A stretch of DNA of 64,000 nucleotides from Trichoplax sp. H2. Taxonomy: Eukaryota. How positions within the stretch are numbered: the first letter of the stretch is position 1; the number at the start of each line of letters is the position of its first letter. Below, in pieces: positions 40,101 to 54,200 of this stretch. Under the pieces are notes generated by a model. That model ran no database searches and was not told where the DNA came from. It worked only from the letters and a program-made list of their open reading frames with translations. Position numbers and translations under genes: made by a program. The DNA lies in the NCBI GenBank assembly GCA_003344405.1, contig NOWV01000021.1:744001-808000 (forward strand), read 5' to 3'.

Positions 40101-43100
40101 TGTTTAATTCGTTGACGTTGGCAGTTGATATCAAAGCATAGTGATTTATACCATGATATTTTGTGTTTATACCTGAGGTAAATGATATGTAAAATAGAGA
40201 TTAAGTAACAATGAACTCAACGTTAACTTAGTAAAGAATCGGATATTATTGATATTCGAGCAAAATACAACTCTAACTCAAAATCTAGTGATAATAATAA
40301 TAACATTTTGTGCAAGTTAAAACAAAGTAAGAATTGATCTCCTTACCAATCTCAAGGTGACCACCAACTAATGTACTATTGGGATATTGCTGCTTTACTG
40401 ATATTAGTTCATCAAGTGATATTGGACTAACCCATGTTACTTTATTACCGAAGATAGTTAAATTTGTTGGCGGCTTCTTACCTAATATCTACACGCCAGA
40501 AATATTGTATTAAGTATCATATCGTATCCGCAGAATCAGTGAGTATTTGTTAGAGAGTTCTCATTCGCTATCAAGACTACAATTACCAAAAGTTCAGGCG
40601 GAAATATTAATTCCTGAGAAGGATCATATAAAGAAAATTCTTGAGGATTGTACAGCTCTGTACTGACAATATCCTTTTGGATTACAAAATTATAAAGAAA
40701 AAATATGTTATAAATTTTTAAAGCTTTTTATTCATACCTACACAAGTTCGCACTTGCCTTGTCAAGTTCTGTGTTAACTTTATCTAATTCAATTTTGTTA
40801 CAGCAATTTTCCTAAAGCATATAACAGACGATTTTTAGTACCTGATTGGGAAGTAAAAACACCGAACACGAATGATTACCTTGCCACAGAATGTTTTACA
40901 TCCTTCTAAAATTGGTCTATAGCCCGTACATCGACATAAATTACCTACAGAAATAAAACATTCCCATTTCTGAACTACTTAGATACGTATTTGATTAAAT
41001 CATATGTAGATTTTAAAGAAAGTGACGGCAGAAGAATAAGACTTCCAAGGGCTTTATTCCCTCTTTTAAGCCGTTGCTTTTAGTTTGGAAAGTTAAAATA
41101 CGTTTTATCATAACTCCTAAGTGGTAAGAGTATATTTCAGCACTTATAATGTCCATTTTTCATGTTAGCTTATGTCAGTAATATACAGAAATAGTCTAAT
41201 TGTATGGTGAGTCAATAGAATATTTCTTGTAATCCTCGATTACAGCTAGGAAGTTCTTTAACACTTTTCTTACATTCACTTGCCATCAGCAAAAGCCAAA
41301 AGTTCTTACAATTCCTACCTTCAAAGGCTAATTCAATTTCTTCTGGTGTTGGCTGTGGGTTATTGCGTAGCAGAGCATACATGGACATGACAAAACCAGG
41401 GGTGCAATAACCACATTGGGTGCCATGGACTTTGGCAATACGTTCCTATGAAGACTTTAGTGATCAGCTTGTAGATACTGATGGGATTTATTATATAAAC
41501 AGTAACGAAAGCCGTTATACGTTTTTTTTAATCCTCACAATTAACTACTTAGTATGGCTTACCTGGATCGGATGCAATTTTGTTTCTGTGCTACCAATAC
41601 CTTCTACAGTAGTAATTGCTACACCGTCTAGTAAGCAGACAGGCATTAAGCACGAATTTGCGGCATAATGACTACAAAATCGTGCAGCTAAGGAATCCTA
41701 TTGCACCTATCCATGGGCTAAGTGTATACATTTTAGCTCACAACGAATCAAATTTATATAGCAAAATAACTGACTGTATTAATATAAGACTTTATCGTGA
41801 TTTAGACCATATCATTACTGCTTGCTTTACAAAAAAGACTCGGCAACAAAAATATTATATATTACGTAAAGACTGATCGAAAACATAGTTCAAGGTACAT
41901 ATTTTACCACGATAGATTAGGATGTGAAAAAGGATACATCACTTTTTGCTGATAGCGATCATATTTGGATATCATAATGGTGCATGCACCGCAACCGCCT
42001 TCGCCACAACTCAACTTGGTTCCCGTTAAGTGTACTTTTCCAAGATTGCCAAGTTAAGGATAATTTATATTTAAGACATACTCAAATACTGAAGAGGTGT
42101 ATGTGAATAATACGGGTATTATTATTAAAATTACACGGTAAAATGTTACTGAACCTCTGACAGGTCTATCAAATGGTAATACTATCTGTTAAATGAGCAC
42201 ATTATCGTAAACCGTCAGCAAAGCGACGGGAGTTTGCACTAGCATCATTTAATTGGTGAAATTAAGCTACTCAAAATAGTCATTTGCAACATTTACTCGT
42301 AAGCAAGCGAGCGTAATAATTCTCTGGATAAGATTTCATCAAAAATTAAAGGTCTAGATTAGTCTAGAAATTGCTAGGACTCAACGCTTATAACAATAAT
42401 GTGCGAATATTATTATTTCAGATTAGCTATACGTGTATTGAAACAGTATTATTACTTAAACTAGCAGAGAAACCACGGGCTTAGACAAAGATTTATGAAC
42501 AATTTATAGAAAATCAAATAAGAGATTGTTACCATATTTTACTAGCTGATCATGAAAGATGCAAATATGTTGACTGCTTCTCTGTCTCTAAAATGTAATC
42601 AGGATACATTCATCGCGAAGTAGCTGTAAAACGGATTGTTCTGGCTCTATCTTGCTTCGGCAGTACTAGCAACAAAGTCAAAGTTCATTTGATTCATTAC
42701 TACATTGAGTCATATAAGTGCTACGATTCCTATAATGTTAAGATAGCTCATACGCCCGTAAGTATTAATCAGCATAGAGTGTCTGTGTTGGTTGCTAAAG
42801 CCTTTTTAAGTGCGATATCAATTATAACACGACACCTGCTACAGTTTCCTTTGCAGCTTATTTTGCAAATGAAAATATCGCAACTGCAACGTCTTTAGAA
42901 CAGCTAGATCAATCCTAACCAAGGTCTACGATAGACTAGCAATTTCGACAGATATGTACGAGTATATCGCTCGCTAATCTTAGCTCTCGTACCTAAAAGG
43001 TCATTTTCTCTATAGTAGACTGCAAAATTTACAAAGCAGTGTAGAGACATCGTTGATACTGGCTCTACTACTCAGAAAAAGGCTAGCGTTAACTAACTTA

Positions 43101-43804
43101 CTTAATAACTCGTGATCAAGTAAAAGCATGTTATAAGGTAGTCTCTAACATCGAATCACTTCTATCTCAATTCGAATGCATGATTACATATACACTGAAT
43201 AGACCACATAATTCATGCTACATAAAGGATAGTCCATGGTAATCCTACCACTTGAAAATAGTTACTGTAGACTGGCGACTTGTTATTCTATAAATTATAT
43301 ATGCCAAATATATAACAACCGTAGGGTAGACTACAAAATTTGGCTACAGCGTAATGTCGTTATTCCTACTTTTATAAATAAAAACGACTAAGTTGCTTTA
43401 ATCTATCCCTGTTTCATTTTCGACAATTAGTCTACTCGTATATGGTGATTTTCTAATATACTACACTAAAGTAAGCGTTCTCTGTACTTAGAAGTAGTAA
43501 AAGTCTCTTCTGAATTGCATTAAAGGCCTATCATCGATATATCCCAGTAATGACCATAGCGATATATCTCAATGCTATATCTTGCTAGTACAGCTAAACA
43601 TTGATACGTTGTAGTGAGTAGGAGTATGAAATAGAAAAATCGTATCGTTATTTATTAATTTCAATAAATTAATGAATATGTAATACACATCTCAATTTCC
43701 TGTTGTAGCATGAAATTACTTCTAGAAGATGGAATGATAGTACATAGGACACCAACCTTTTTGCCGTTAAGGTAAAATAGAATAGTTGTTCTTTTAGTAT
43801 CCAT
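31182..43804 (-). CDS. Xanthine oxidoreductase-family molybdo-flavoenzyme, divergent aldehyde oxidase-like paralog (more than 30 exons; last exon uncertain)
   Basis: It starts [16 protein letters not shown]. It carries 2Fe-2S motifs [28 protein letters not shown] and [12 protein letters not shown], a FAD domain, and Moco-domain motifs [43 protein letters not shown] and the catalytic SSKAIGEP. No frameshift was seen in the exons read. Confidence 0.93.
41672..41937 (-). other. U12-type (minor spliceosome) GT-AG intron, intron 3 of the AOX-like gene
   Basis: The donor is GTATCCTTT. A branch-like TTCCTTAGC lies about 15 nt before the AG. Confidence 0.85.
42035..42607 (-). other. U12-type GT-AG intron, intron 2 of the AOX-like gene
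   Basis: The donor is GTATCCTG. A canonical branch site TCCTTAAC lies at 42060-42053, and the acceptor GGAAAAG is purine-rich with no polypyrimidine tract. Confidence 0.85.
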
Positions 43805-45543
43805 TGAATATGGTAATGACAATTCTAGTGTCGAACCTAAATATCAGTAGTGATGCAATAGAAAACATTAATTTTTCCTCTGCAATAATTTATCTTTTAT
43901 TACTGGATCAATTTGGATTACTTTAAAAGTAGTTACGCCACCCGTGTCCCCTACTTCATGCTACGATTATTAATGAGCCTTTCACTATTACCATACTATT
44001 TCAACATTTATTAGTACGCTAGCTCAAATCAATCAGGACGCTTATATACTGTAGTACTAATATATTATTCTATCCACAGAAGTGTTATAGCATATTATTC
44101 AGTAAATCTCAATACATCTAAATAATTACTAATATTGAATGTATAATGATACACAAGATGATAATGATCGTAAAATGGTAATAGAATCCTTTAATTTATT
44201 CCACACCTTTGTTATTACCATGTATAAGTTAGGAGGTGCCTTACGATTGTTTTGTAGAACTTAATTGAAGTCAATTAAGCAATAATTACGCCAAAATAAT
44301 GACTAGGTCAGTATCAGCATGTGTAGATATGTGATTCTTATTGGAAGCGATATTATTTTGGAGAGCTTTATCGTACTACCATCACAGCTACCTTCAGCAC
44401 AAGTTACCTTGTATCCTGTTAAATGCTGCTTTGGAAAATTGATGGTTAAAGAAGTCCTTTCAGGATTTTTAATATTTATTCATACATTAGCAAGATTAAG
44501 TGATGCCATGATCGTATATTACTACACACCGCATTTGGCAAATATTTCTACTGTAGTATAGCTCGCAAATAGCATCAATACAACCTTATGTAGCGAAAGT
44601 TGATATTATTCCTTGAGACTGAGGCTATGCCAAAATGGAATGTTCCCATATACTGCTACTAAGCCATCAAGCTGTCTAATTTAAGCAAAAATGATCAAGT
44701 TGACTGCAGTACTTTGAAAGAAGCTCAACTGTTCAGCTGCAGTAAGATAATAGTAAATATTGATGGCATATGCCTCCAATAAGTATTGTAAGGATATAAC
44801 CATTACGAAAGAACTGGAACAAGGATTTTTAGGTTGAAATTGAGTCATATAGGATAATGGTAAGAGTCCATAAATTTTCAATTACTTATAGCCGCAAATA
44901 AATTTTATTCTAAACTCTATTTCTTAAGTTAGCCATGGTCCTACCAAATCGACTGTTGCATACGCGTATATTAAAGCATACGAGTACATATTACCGAAGT
45001 TAGTACTACTCATGAGAGGGTTAGGAGATATATAACTACAGTCTAACATATCGATAATAGGATAATTTACTCTCATTTCGAATAATGTGAAAAAAAGTTT
45101 TCTCGACGTTTTAACCCTCTCAAATATTTAAATTGATCTTATTCAGATGATTGAGTTTAAAACCAGAGAAAAAGCCGGGAACAGACTGCGCCTTTAGCTC
45201 CGCAGGATTACCCGATTTTCTAGCCAATATGCAGAGGAAAATGCTAAAACTATTGTAGAAATTATACCGCGAGTCTACTATCAGGTTTGTCCTCCCTGAC
45301 ATTAACCTAAAGTACGACTCTCAATACTGATGACCTCCTATCGTCAGAAGGAACAGTAACACCACTAGACTCTCTTAGACATAACTGAACCCAAACTTTA
45401 TTGAAAAGTCAGTCAATTTATAATGAATGGATATAAACATTAATAATTAGTTTATAGAAGCTATACAGTTATCTATTAAAAATATGTAAAACATCATAGA
45501 TAACGGTAGGTAAATACATTGATAGAAAAGTGAAGTATCTGTC

Positions 45544-46140
45544 CTTTTTTCTCACTTTCTTGATAACCTGCTCCTAGTTGGATCTCTTTTGAAGTTATTA
45601 AGCCCTAATACAAACTAAAGTTCATGTCTAATCAACGTCTGTGGTTGTTTTCATTCTCCTATCCATTATAACGCACTTCAAAGCAGAATAGCCAATACAG
45701 TCAGCTTGCTAAGCTTTTCTACACATTAAACTGCTCTAATGTGATAAAATGATGCTGCTGTTTGTAAACCTTAGCCTATTTTAATGTATAAATGATGGAC
45801 ACTTTATTTTTTCACTATCTGATACAAATAGCTAATTTCATAACATCAATGCTCAAATAACTTTAATTCACGATTTTTATTAAAATATCTATTCTTTTTT
45901 CTCACTTTCTTGATAACCTGCTTCTGTTCGATTCTCATTTAAAGTTATTAAGCCCTAATATGGACTAAAATTCATGTCTAATAAATTAATTAGATGTCTG
46001 TTTGTTTTCCTTCTGCTATCAATTATAGCGCACTTCTAAGCAGAATAGCCAATACAGCCAGGCCGCTAAGCTTTTCTACGTGGAAAGCTGCTATTGCTTG
46101 TAAACCTTAGCCAATTTTCAATGTGAAAATAATTGACATT
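45544..46140. repeat. Diverged tandem duplication (units starting about 45544 and 45894)
   Basis: cttttttctcactttcttgataacctgct...aagttattaagccctaata...gcagaatagccaataca...gtaaaccttagcc occurs twice. Confidence 0.85.
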
Positions 46141-48028
46141 CTTCGATTCGCAACAGTCTTACAAAAGTAGACATTAAAATTTCCACATTACGTTTCTAAT
46201 AAGGCTGAGTTGAAGGTAAAGCAATTCGATCGCAACTTCAACGCGAAAGGTTGATTTTGTTAGGCTACCGGTACCAACGCCTCGGATTAAACTCTACTCT
46301 ATCTATTTTGATTAACTCAATATACAATACAGATTCATCTATTTTAGCGTAAATGTAAGAGATGGCGCTGTTACTAAGGCAGACGTAAGTTAATTATTGC
46401 ATAATTCAATTTATAATTTAATCGATATTGACAGCCGTTATCAAATATGAAATTATTTGATTTCTGTGGCAATAAGATTGGATAACGTGTTGTGAATGCA
46501 ATTAGTTGTCTACTTGTTGCCAGATACGATGATTTGATTCGTTACTAGGATAATAAAATAAATATATAGCGTATGTCCTGCCGGTAATAAGTGAATATTT
46601 CTCATGTCTGGCAGTTATTGGCGGATCGGACAAAATAATAGCATTCATTATCTAGTTAATTGTCAAGGTACAAGCTAAACATTATAGAGAGAACAATCAT
46701 GTGGAACTATGTCTATCCTAATAATTAACCGCTATAGTTTAAAAACATGATTTAGAGGATGAAATTAAATGAGTTGAAAATATGTCATGATAGTTATTCT
46801 ATGCATTTATATCCAATGTTAACAATCTATCATCATGGTGATCTCTATTATTGGATTATAATCAGCCATTCAAAGCTATTAGAAAGCCTGAAATAATTGT
46901 CTTAACTAATTATCATAACAATACTATTCAAAAAGAATAGATTTTAATGGAGTTTAATCGATTGTTATCTATGTTTACGATCAGTCGTAACAGTGGTGAA
47001 TAGTAGTCGTAGGGGTAACGCCATGATGACTGTTGAAATTTTTGCATATTCAAGAATAATAAAGATGAGTAATAGAGCAATTGACTTGGCAGTTTCAATT
47101 GCGGTTAATTAGAAAAATATCCACAACTAGCCAGCCTTACGAAAGTTCTATGTCAACTTGATGATAGGTAAGTCTTGATTATTTTATATTCAAGTGCAAG
47201 CAAATTAAATTGATTTCATAATACGGTAACTGACGGATCTCCTCATTCGCTCAAGTTTATTCTTTTGATCTCACTTTTTTCTCTCAAGTTAAAATAAACA
47301 TGTGTTTTAATGACAGAATTGAGGCACAGAGCTACGGCATAAAATCGTGGGTAGATACCCATTTCAACTTAATCCATTTACTATACCATTCTTTTGAAGG
47401 TTTTAACTCTCTTCAGATTATGACGATTTGATTCACTAATGATTATGATTTTATAAATTTTTAACTGAAAACGATCGCTGACTGTAGTCGTTATTGGTTA
47501 TTCTCTTGATGTTACAACGACGATTTGAATTGATCGCCCCTTACATGCTTTAAAAAATCAACGACTAATTGCACCACTCCCTTAAACATAACGGAATTTA
47601 TATCGTAGTTGTAACAACTGTTTAGTCCAATCTAGACGAAACCAATGACTGATAGTATGCATATACCACTCTTTATGCAATGGTAAATGCTTTTCAGTTT
47701 AATCTTCGCCATTAAATTAATTCTTCTTGATGATATTAAATTGTGGTTCTCTACACTATTGGTTACCTTTTAAAGCATTTTTACAATTTACTTCAAAGTA
47801 AAGTTATGACTTTGGTTCTAATTTCCAAAGTAAAATGCCATTGTACAGATAATTAAAACCAACTCTCGCTTTATTCTCCAAAACGAGACGTGAACAAGCG
47901 TAAATAAAGCAAAGAATGAACTTTAATTTTGACCTACTTTAAATTTCTAACTGTTTTTAGTCTGAACGCAAGGACTCATGATATAAGCTTTGACAATGTA
48001 ATGATAGTGATCAATTCATTATTACTCA

Positions 48029-48890
48029 TAACTATGACTCCATTTTCCTGCTAATAAACTAATACTATACCCAAAGCTCCAAAACGCGTACTAGTAGGAT
48101 CAATTGCATCAAGCGATACTGTTTCCATGATCGTATTTCACTACACCTTCAACTAATCATCTTGATATTTACTTAACAAAGTAGAATACTGAAGTAATTT
48201 CCTAACTATGACTTCATTTTCCTGCCAAAAAATTAATACCATAGCCAAAGCTCGAAAATGCATTAGTATGATAAACTGTATATTGCAACATCGTGTTCAT
48301 GATCGTATTTCGCAACAGTTTCAACTAAACGTCTAGATATTTACTCAAGAAAATAGAGATACTGAAGTAGTTTCTCATCCATAGAAGGAAGTTATCACGA
48401 GCTACTATTAAGTAAACAACTTATCTTGAATATATTCTTACAAATTGAGTTTATAGCGTAAGTGCTATACAATATCTACCTCTCAGGTTGAATCAATTTA
48501 CTATAAGTAATTTCAAATGAGCTAATATATTTACTACAACATTTTTGTCGATTCTATCATTATACTGGGAACGAATTAGAGCTCTTTCATTTTTCTTTTT
48601 ATAAGAAAATTTTTCTGTAATCAATTTATATTCGTGATAATGTAGATAATGCTGTTAAGCAAATAATTTATCTTATATAATATTCTTATAAATTGAGCTT
48701 ATACCGTAAGTGCTATAAAATATCTGCCTGTTAGCTTAAATCTATTTGTTACAAGTGATTTATTTAAAGTTAGCTAATACTTTGAATACGTTTATACCTG
48801 TTTTTACCATCATTATGCGAGCAAATTGGAGTTTTTTATTCTTTCTAAAATCAGTTTGTCTGTATTCAGTTGACGCTTCGTGATAATATG
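48029..48890. repeat. Two adjacent diverged tandem duplications (about 174-bp unit at 48029/48203; about 247-bp unit at 48421/48668)
   Basis: The repeated anchors are taactatgact(c/t)cattttcctgc...atgatcgtatttc...atactgaagta and ttatctt...attctta(c/t)aaattgag...cgtaagtgctata...ttcgtgataat. Confidence 0.8.
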
Positions 48891-51246
48891 GAAAATTATT
48901 TCCGAGAAGTTGAGTAATGGAAAGCACTACAGAAAAACTTTAAAGAGAAGTTTGACTATTCGTATCGATTAGTGCCTTGTTAAAATATTTTTTGTCAGCT
49001 TGTTTCACTGTTTCAAAGTCAATCAATAAGCTCTACTTTAAAATATAATGTAGGGATTAAGCAATAGTACTTTCGTCAGTGCAATGTTACAAGTGTTGCA
49101 GTTTCTATCAATTCTACCATACGTTGATCGATTCGCGTTTGCTTTACAACAGTGGATCTAAAATTGAATAGCGAAGTTAATCTGTTTTTCTAGTTTTCGA
49201 TTTTATCCTCCTTTCCTTATATTTGTACATACTCGTAAATGTATAGTTAATATGGTATCACTACAAACTCTAACATGAGGTGAGGTGATGACAATTATTT
49301 ATGTACGAATTTGTGTTAAAATTTAGCTTTTGTCAGGATTCCAGCGTCATCTACTGTATTTTTTCAATGCAGCTCTTGCTACGTAACTTTAATCTTATAA
49401 GCATATTCAATGAAGTCCTAATAAATTATACACAGCCCAGGCACATTGCATTAAATAAATTCCCTTCTCCTATCATATTAAGCGAACTAAACAAATAATG
49501 TCCTTTCTATTAAAATAGCATTGATGATAAATTTAAGCAAATATTAATTTTTTTCACGAGAACATGTTCTAGTAAAAGCTAACACTGACAGCATGCATAT
49601 TATGTATTCTTTTTCCATTTCTACTATACACGGGTAGTAAGAATGCACCAATTATCAAGGTGATCGTTCAGAAATTACCAGATAAAAAATTGCCCTAATA
49701 GCTACCTTTTAATAATAAGCGATAAGATAAATTCTCTTTAATCTATACTACAGTTCAGCCTATAAACATAAATGAGAATAAATTATCCACTTAATGTTCC
49801 GGATGACTAATTTTTCTCTTTGTAATGATCAGGTGAACATCCTTATTATTTTCTGCATCTTCTTTTATTACACTTTCAGTGGTCAATATAACTAAATCTC
49901 AGACTATATGACTTAATTAATAGCTAATAGTAGCCTTATACTAGTAACTTTTAGTCTTTTATTCTTATATTTAATTTAAAGTGTTGTTAATTTGTATGCT
50001 ACTATGCTACTTAATACAATAAACTCCCTATATGGCGATCACTGTTTTCTTTTATCTTGTAAAAATATCAATTCAATATCGACGATTTTGGCTACACATG
50101 ACTTTGTGAAATATAGACATATTTTTCGGTCAAATTTCCAAAACGCTATTCTCTATCCTATAAATTGCCTTCGTACAGAGATAGTTTAAAAATATTAATT
50201 TTACTCTTCAATCCATAACAAAAACTTTAAATTATTTCAATATGAATATTATCTAATAGATGTAAAGGTAAATTAGTAAATCACTAAAGAAATTATTCAT
50301 CACGACGATTTTAGTTATATGATTCCGTATAATATAGATATAGCTTTTAGTAAATTATCCAAAATGCTATCCTCTATCTTACAAATTAATACAAATTGCT
50401 ATCCTGCGGAGTCAATTTAAAATATTGAATATAATTTTCAATCCATATGTCATAGTCATCAAAATAACTTAGATATGGATGTGTAGTTTATGATAACATT
50501 TTATTTTGAACTTTTTAGAAGTGTAAACTACTACCTTAGGAATTGTTATTGTTAGTAATACCCTAAGTTATTATGATATTATGATGATATAGTAGTAATA
50601 TGTTACAAGTAAGTATCAAGAACATAGGAGCTTGACAGGGCTTACAGTCGAAGTAGATTTACGTATGAAATTGTTTATTACATCGAATGTCCGTATTTAA
50701 TAATTCAATCGTAATAACATGTTTGTTATTGAAATATGTTGGTAGCATAGTAAATATGTTTATAACTACTGAAAGAGTGCGTAAGAACGACTGTGATCAA
50801 TAAAAAGTGATTTTCAGGTTAAGGCTAAGCTGTGTGATAGTTTTATATCGTATAGTGTGTTGAGCGAGTTAATTATTCGCAAGGATTCCAATTACTATAC
50901 CGTAGGCTAGGGAAGTAGTTCTGCGGATTATCGTAAAGTTTATTATAAGTACTGTGTTGTTTTCTTGTGTCGTAAGGGTAGTTGTGACACTATAACAAAA
51001 TTATAAATCATTCCAACATCATTTAATAGATGTAAAGGTAAAGTAGTAACCCACTAAAGAAATTATTCATTCACTAGAATAATAAATGGATAAACTGGTA
51101 GACATAGTATTGTACAAACTACCAAATAAAACTGTATTATTTGATAATTAATCTTCAGTGATCGAAACATTACAATTAGATTATCTACCTAACCTTATAA
51201 TTTATTTTGTAGATCTCTAAAATACATAATCACGAATAAACACAAG

Positions 51247-54200
51247 ATGAATCAAAAGAAAGATATTTTACTTTATGTCAACGGTGCTAAGGTAAGCCAA
51301 TGAATCGTTTGGCAAGCTATATGCAGCCAATTTCTATTTTATATTACATTATCTTCTAAATCTAAGAATTTAGAATATCATTTATCGATGTGTTACAGCG
51401 TTATACACTGTAATATCGAGATTATAATAGAAACATCTATGTTAGGACAATTTTGTTGATTTACCCTTATATGAAGAGTTTCTATTTTAGATATGTGATA
51501 TTTAAATATAGCACTAGCTTTTATGGTATATATATAGCTTACTGAAATTAGTAGTTTAATTAGGGAATCGAGAATAACCTTCTTATAATTTAAATCACTG
51601 TGATTGTAATTTACCTATGGTAGATTGTAGATTATCGTAGAAATGTTCCGAGACAGGACATATTGTAATCTGACAATTTTGTATTAGTTATTCGATGTCT
51701 ATGTTCGTAAATACTGTTGTCTTCATTAGGTAGCAGTAGATAAAATTGATTATAGATTAAACTGCAAATGATTCTACGAAAGGGCATACTGTAATTCAGT
51801 CATTTAAAACTAGTTGCTAGATATCTATGACTATAAATATTTCTATATTAATTTGTTTATTAAGACTTGACTGTTAGAATCTCAAGATGATTCACCAATG
51901 TTAGCTGCTACCAAAGAGTATATAAACTCGGCAGATAATTGAGTAAAATCAATTCTCTAGTCATACAATGTACCCTGGAAGAAAAGACTTCAAAATTCGT
52001 ACGAGGAGTTAGGGATACTGTATCCCAGAGACTTTAGAAATTTAGCGATTTATTTTTAGCTAACCCTTGTTACGAAGCTGTCTTGTAACAGATTTTGATT
52101 AACTTTTACAATGCGTTTGCTTTTTTAGTATATAGTAGAGAATGTACAACCAGAATGGACGTTATTGCGTTTTCTTCGAAATCAATGTAATTTTCTACAA
52201 TAAATCCATGCAAAATATATGAAATATTGTAAAAATTAAAATTACTTTATGATAGATTGATAGAGTCAAGTGATAATATTTTAATAACTGCAGTAACATA
52301 AAAAAAAATCAATTAGTTAGAAGTGAAAATTCAGTGTAATAATAACTATTTAACTAATCTGCATCCATTAGTACATTTAACTGGGACGAAATTGGCATGT
52401 GGCGAAGGAGGTTGTGGAGCCTGTACTGCTATGATCTCGAGATACGATCGATTTGAAGAAAAAATCATGTATCCAACAATATCGTATTTATCAACTAATT
52501 GATTGTATGGGCTATTATTATTTCAATCGAAGCATAGTATCAAAATACTAGAATCTATTAAAATAAAATAAGTTGTAATATAAAATTTACGGACTTGAAG
52601 ATAAAATATCATATTTTTTAGCATAGATTAATGATTTTATATTTAGGTGTCCAATTTTGTCTGTAGTGGGGAAATAGATCTTTCAATAATACTGTCTGTA
52701 TTAAAAGCATTTGATCTATTAAAATTATTCTACCTTCAATATAAAATTTGAAGAGTGAAAGAAAAAGCATCGCTTTACTCTTGAGATAGATTAATTATTT
52801 TACATTCGGCACCCAATTTTTTCTGTAGTGCGGATATAGGTCTTTTAATGATACTAACAGTGTTAAAGTTAACATTACATAGCATAAAAACGAAGATTTA
52901 ATACAAAGAGAGCTAAAAATTCTTTAACATATGTATAAAAGCCACTATACAGTGAACACTTGTCTAATTCCGTTGTGCACTCTGGATTTTACTGCTGTAA
53001 CCACGGTTGAGGGAATAGGAAGTACAAACACTAAATTGCATCCAGTTCAGGTGGAATATTTATAAATTTAAATCCAAAGCTCCTTTAACAGTATCATCAT
53101 TTATGATCAGCAATAATGATTTGCGCTAAGCATTACAAAATTGCAAGTCATGGAATATTAAGAAGGTTTCATATTTATTGCCCTTTCAATAGGAGCGAAT
53201 TGCTAAAACTCATGGATCTCAATGTGGATTTTGCACACCTGGATTTGTCATGTCTATGTATACATTACTTCGAAATAATCCACAGCCAACAGAAGAAGAA
53301 ATCGAATCAGCATGTGAAGGTGCATAGCGTATTCGAAATAACGAAATTGTCGTGATAATTTATCCTAATAGAATCTACAATGCTATTATTACAATTAGTA
53401 TGTATACATGCCTGAAATTAATATGATATAGTGACGATAATTATATAATACAGGTAATTTATGTCGATGTACCGGATATCGAGGGATACTTGATGGATTT
53501 AAAACATTTTCCAAGGTAATACATTAATTCAAATTAAATAAACTGACGAAATTCTCGTACATTAGTTGATGAAAATAAGTTTATCGCAATTGCTGGAAAA
53601 TTTTATGTAAGCAAAATTCCAATGGTCATACGATAGCGATCATAACGATAAAAGTAGATTTAAAATGTTAAAAGACAAATTAGCTATAGAATTTTACATG
53701 TAGATAAAAGTAGCTTAGCCATAAATTATGAAATGTATTCATTACAAGTTTTGTATGGAATGATTTACGTGCATAATGTGTTCATATCAATTATTATTTT
53801 TAACAAAATAGTATGATTAGAAACTATATTTATTTGGCATCTATTCTCTAATGATTATCCATATGTATTTTTGAAGAGTTATTGCTGCAAGAAAGAACTA
53901 AAGAACGCTGAAGTAGAAAATGAAGTGGTAAAATTATCTTAATCCTGAAATCAAAGTAGAGTTTGATTATATTACAGTCTAAAGCTTATTTTATTGCTTA
54001 CTTACCATTTCTTGTTGAACCAGTAGTTATAAGTTGATTATTACTCGAATGAAATTGAAACTATTTAATATATCGAAGCTTTTATTAAGTTGCTTAAGGT
54101 TAATAAGATTAACAATCTAGTCATGTTAAAAGTATATTGCTTGAGTAGGATGGAGCTTTGTCTTTAATTATAGATGTTTTAGTTTTGGATTACAATACAT

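Noticed and set aside
45327..45356. CTGATGA...GGAAC hammerhead-like core
   Set aside because: It lacks the invariant GAAA and the supporting stems I and III.
46359..46372. AGATGGCGCTG, a CTCF/YY1-like motif
   Set aside because: It is a single short match with no nearby TSS evidence and cannot be distinguished from chance.
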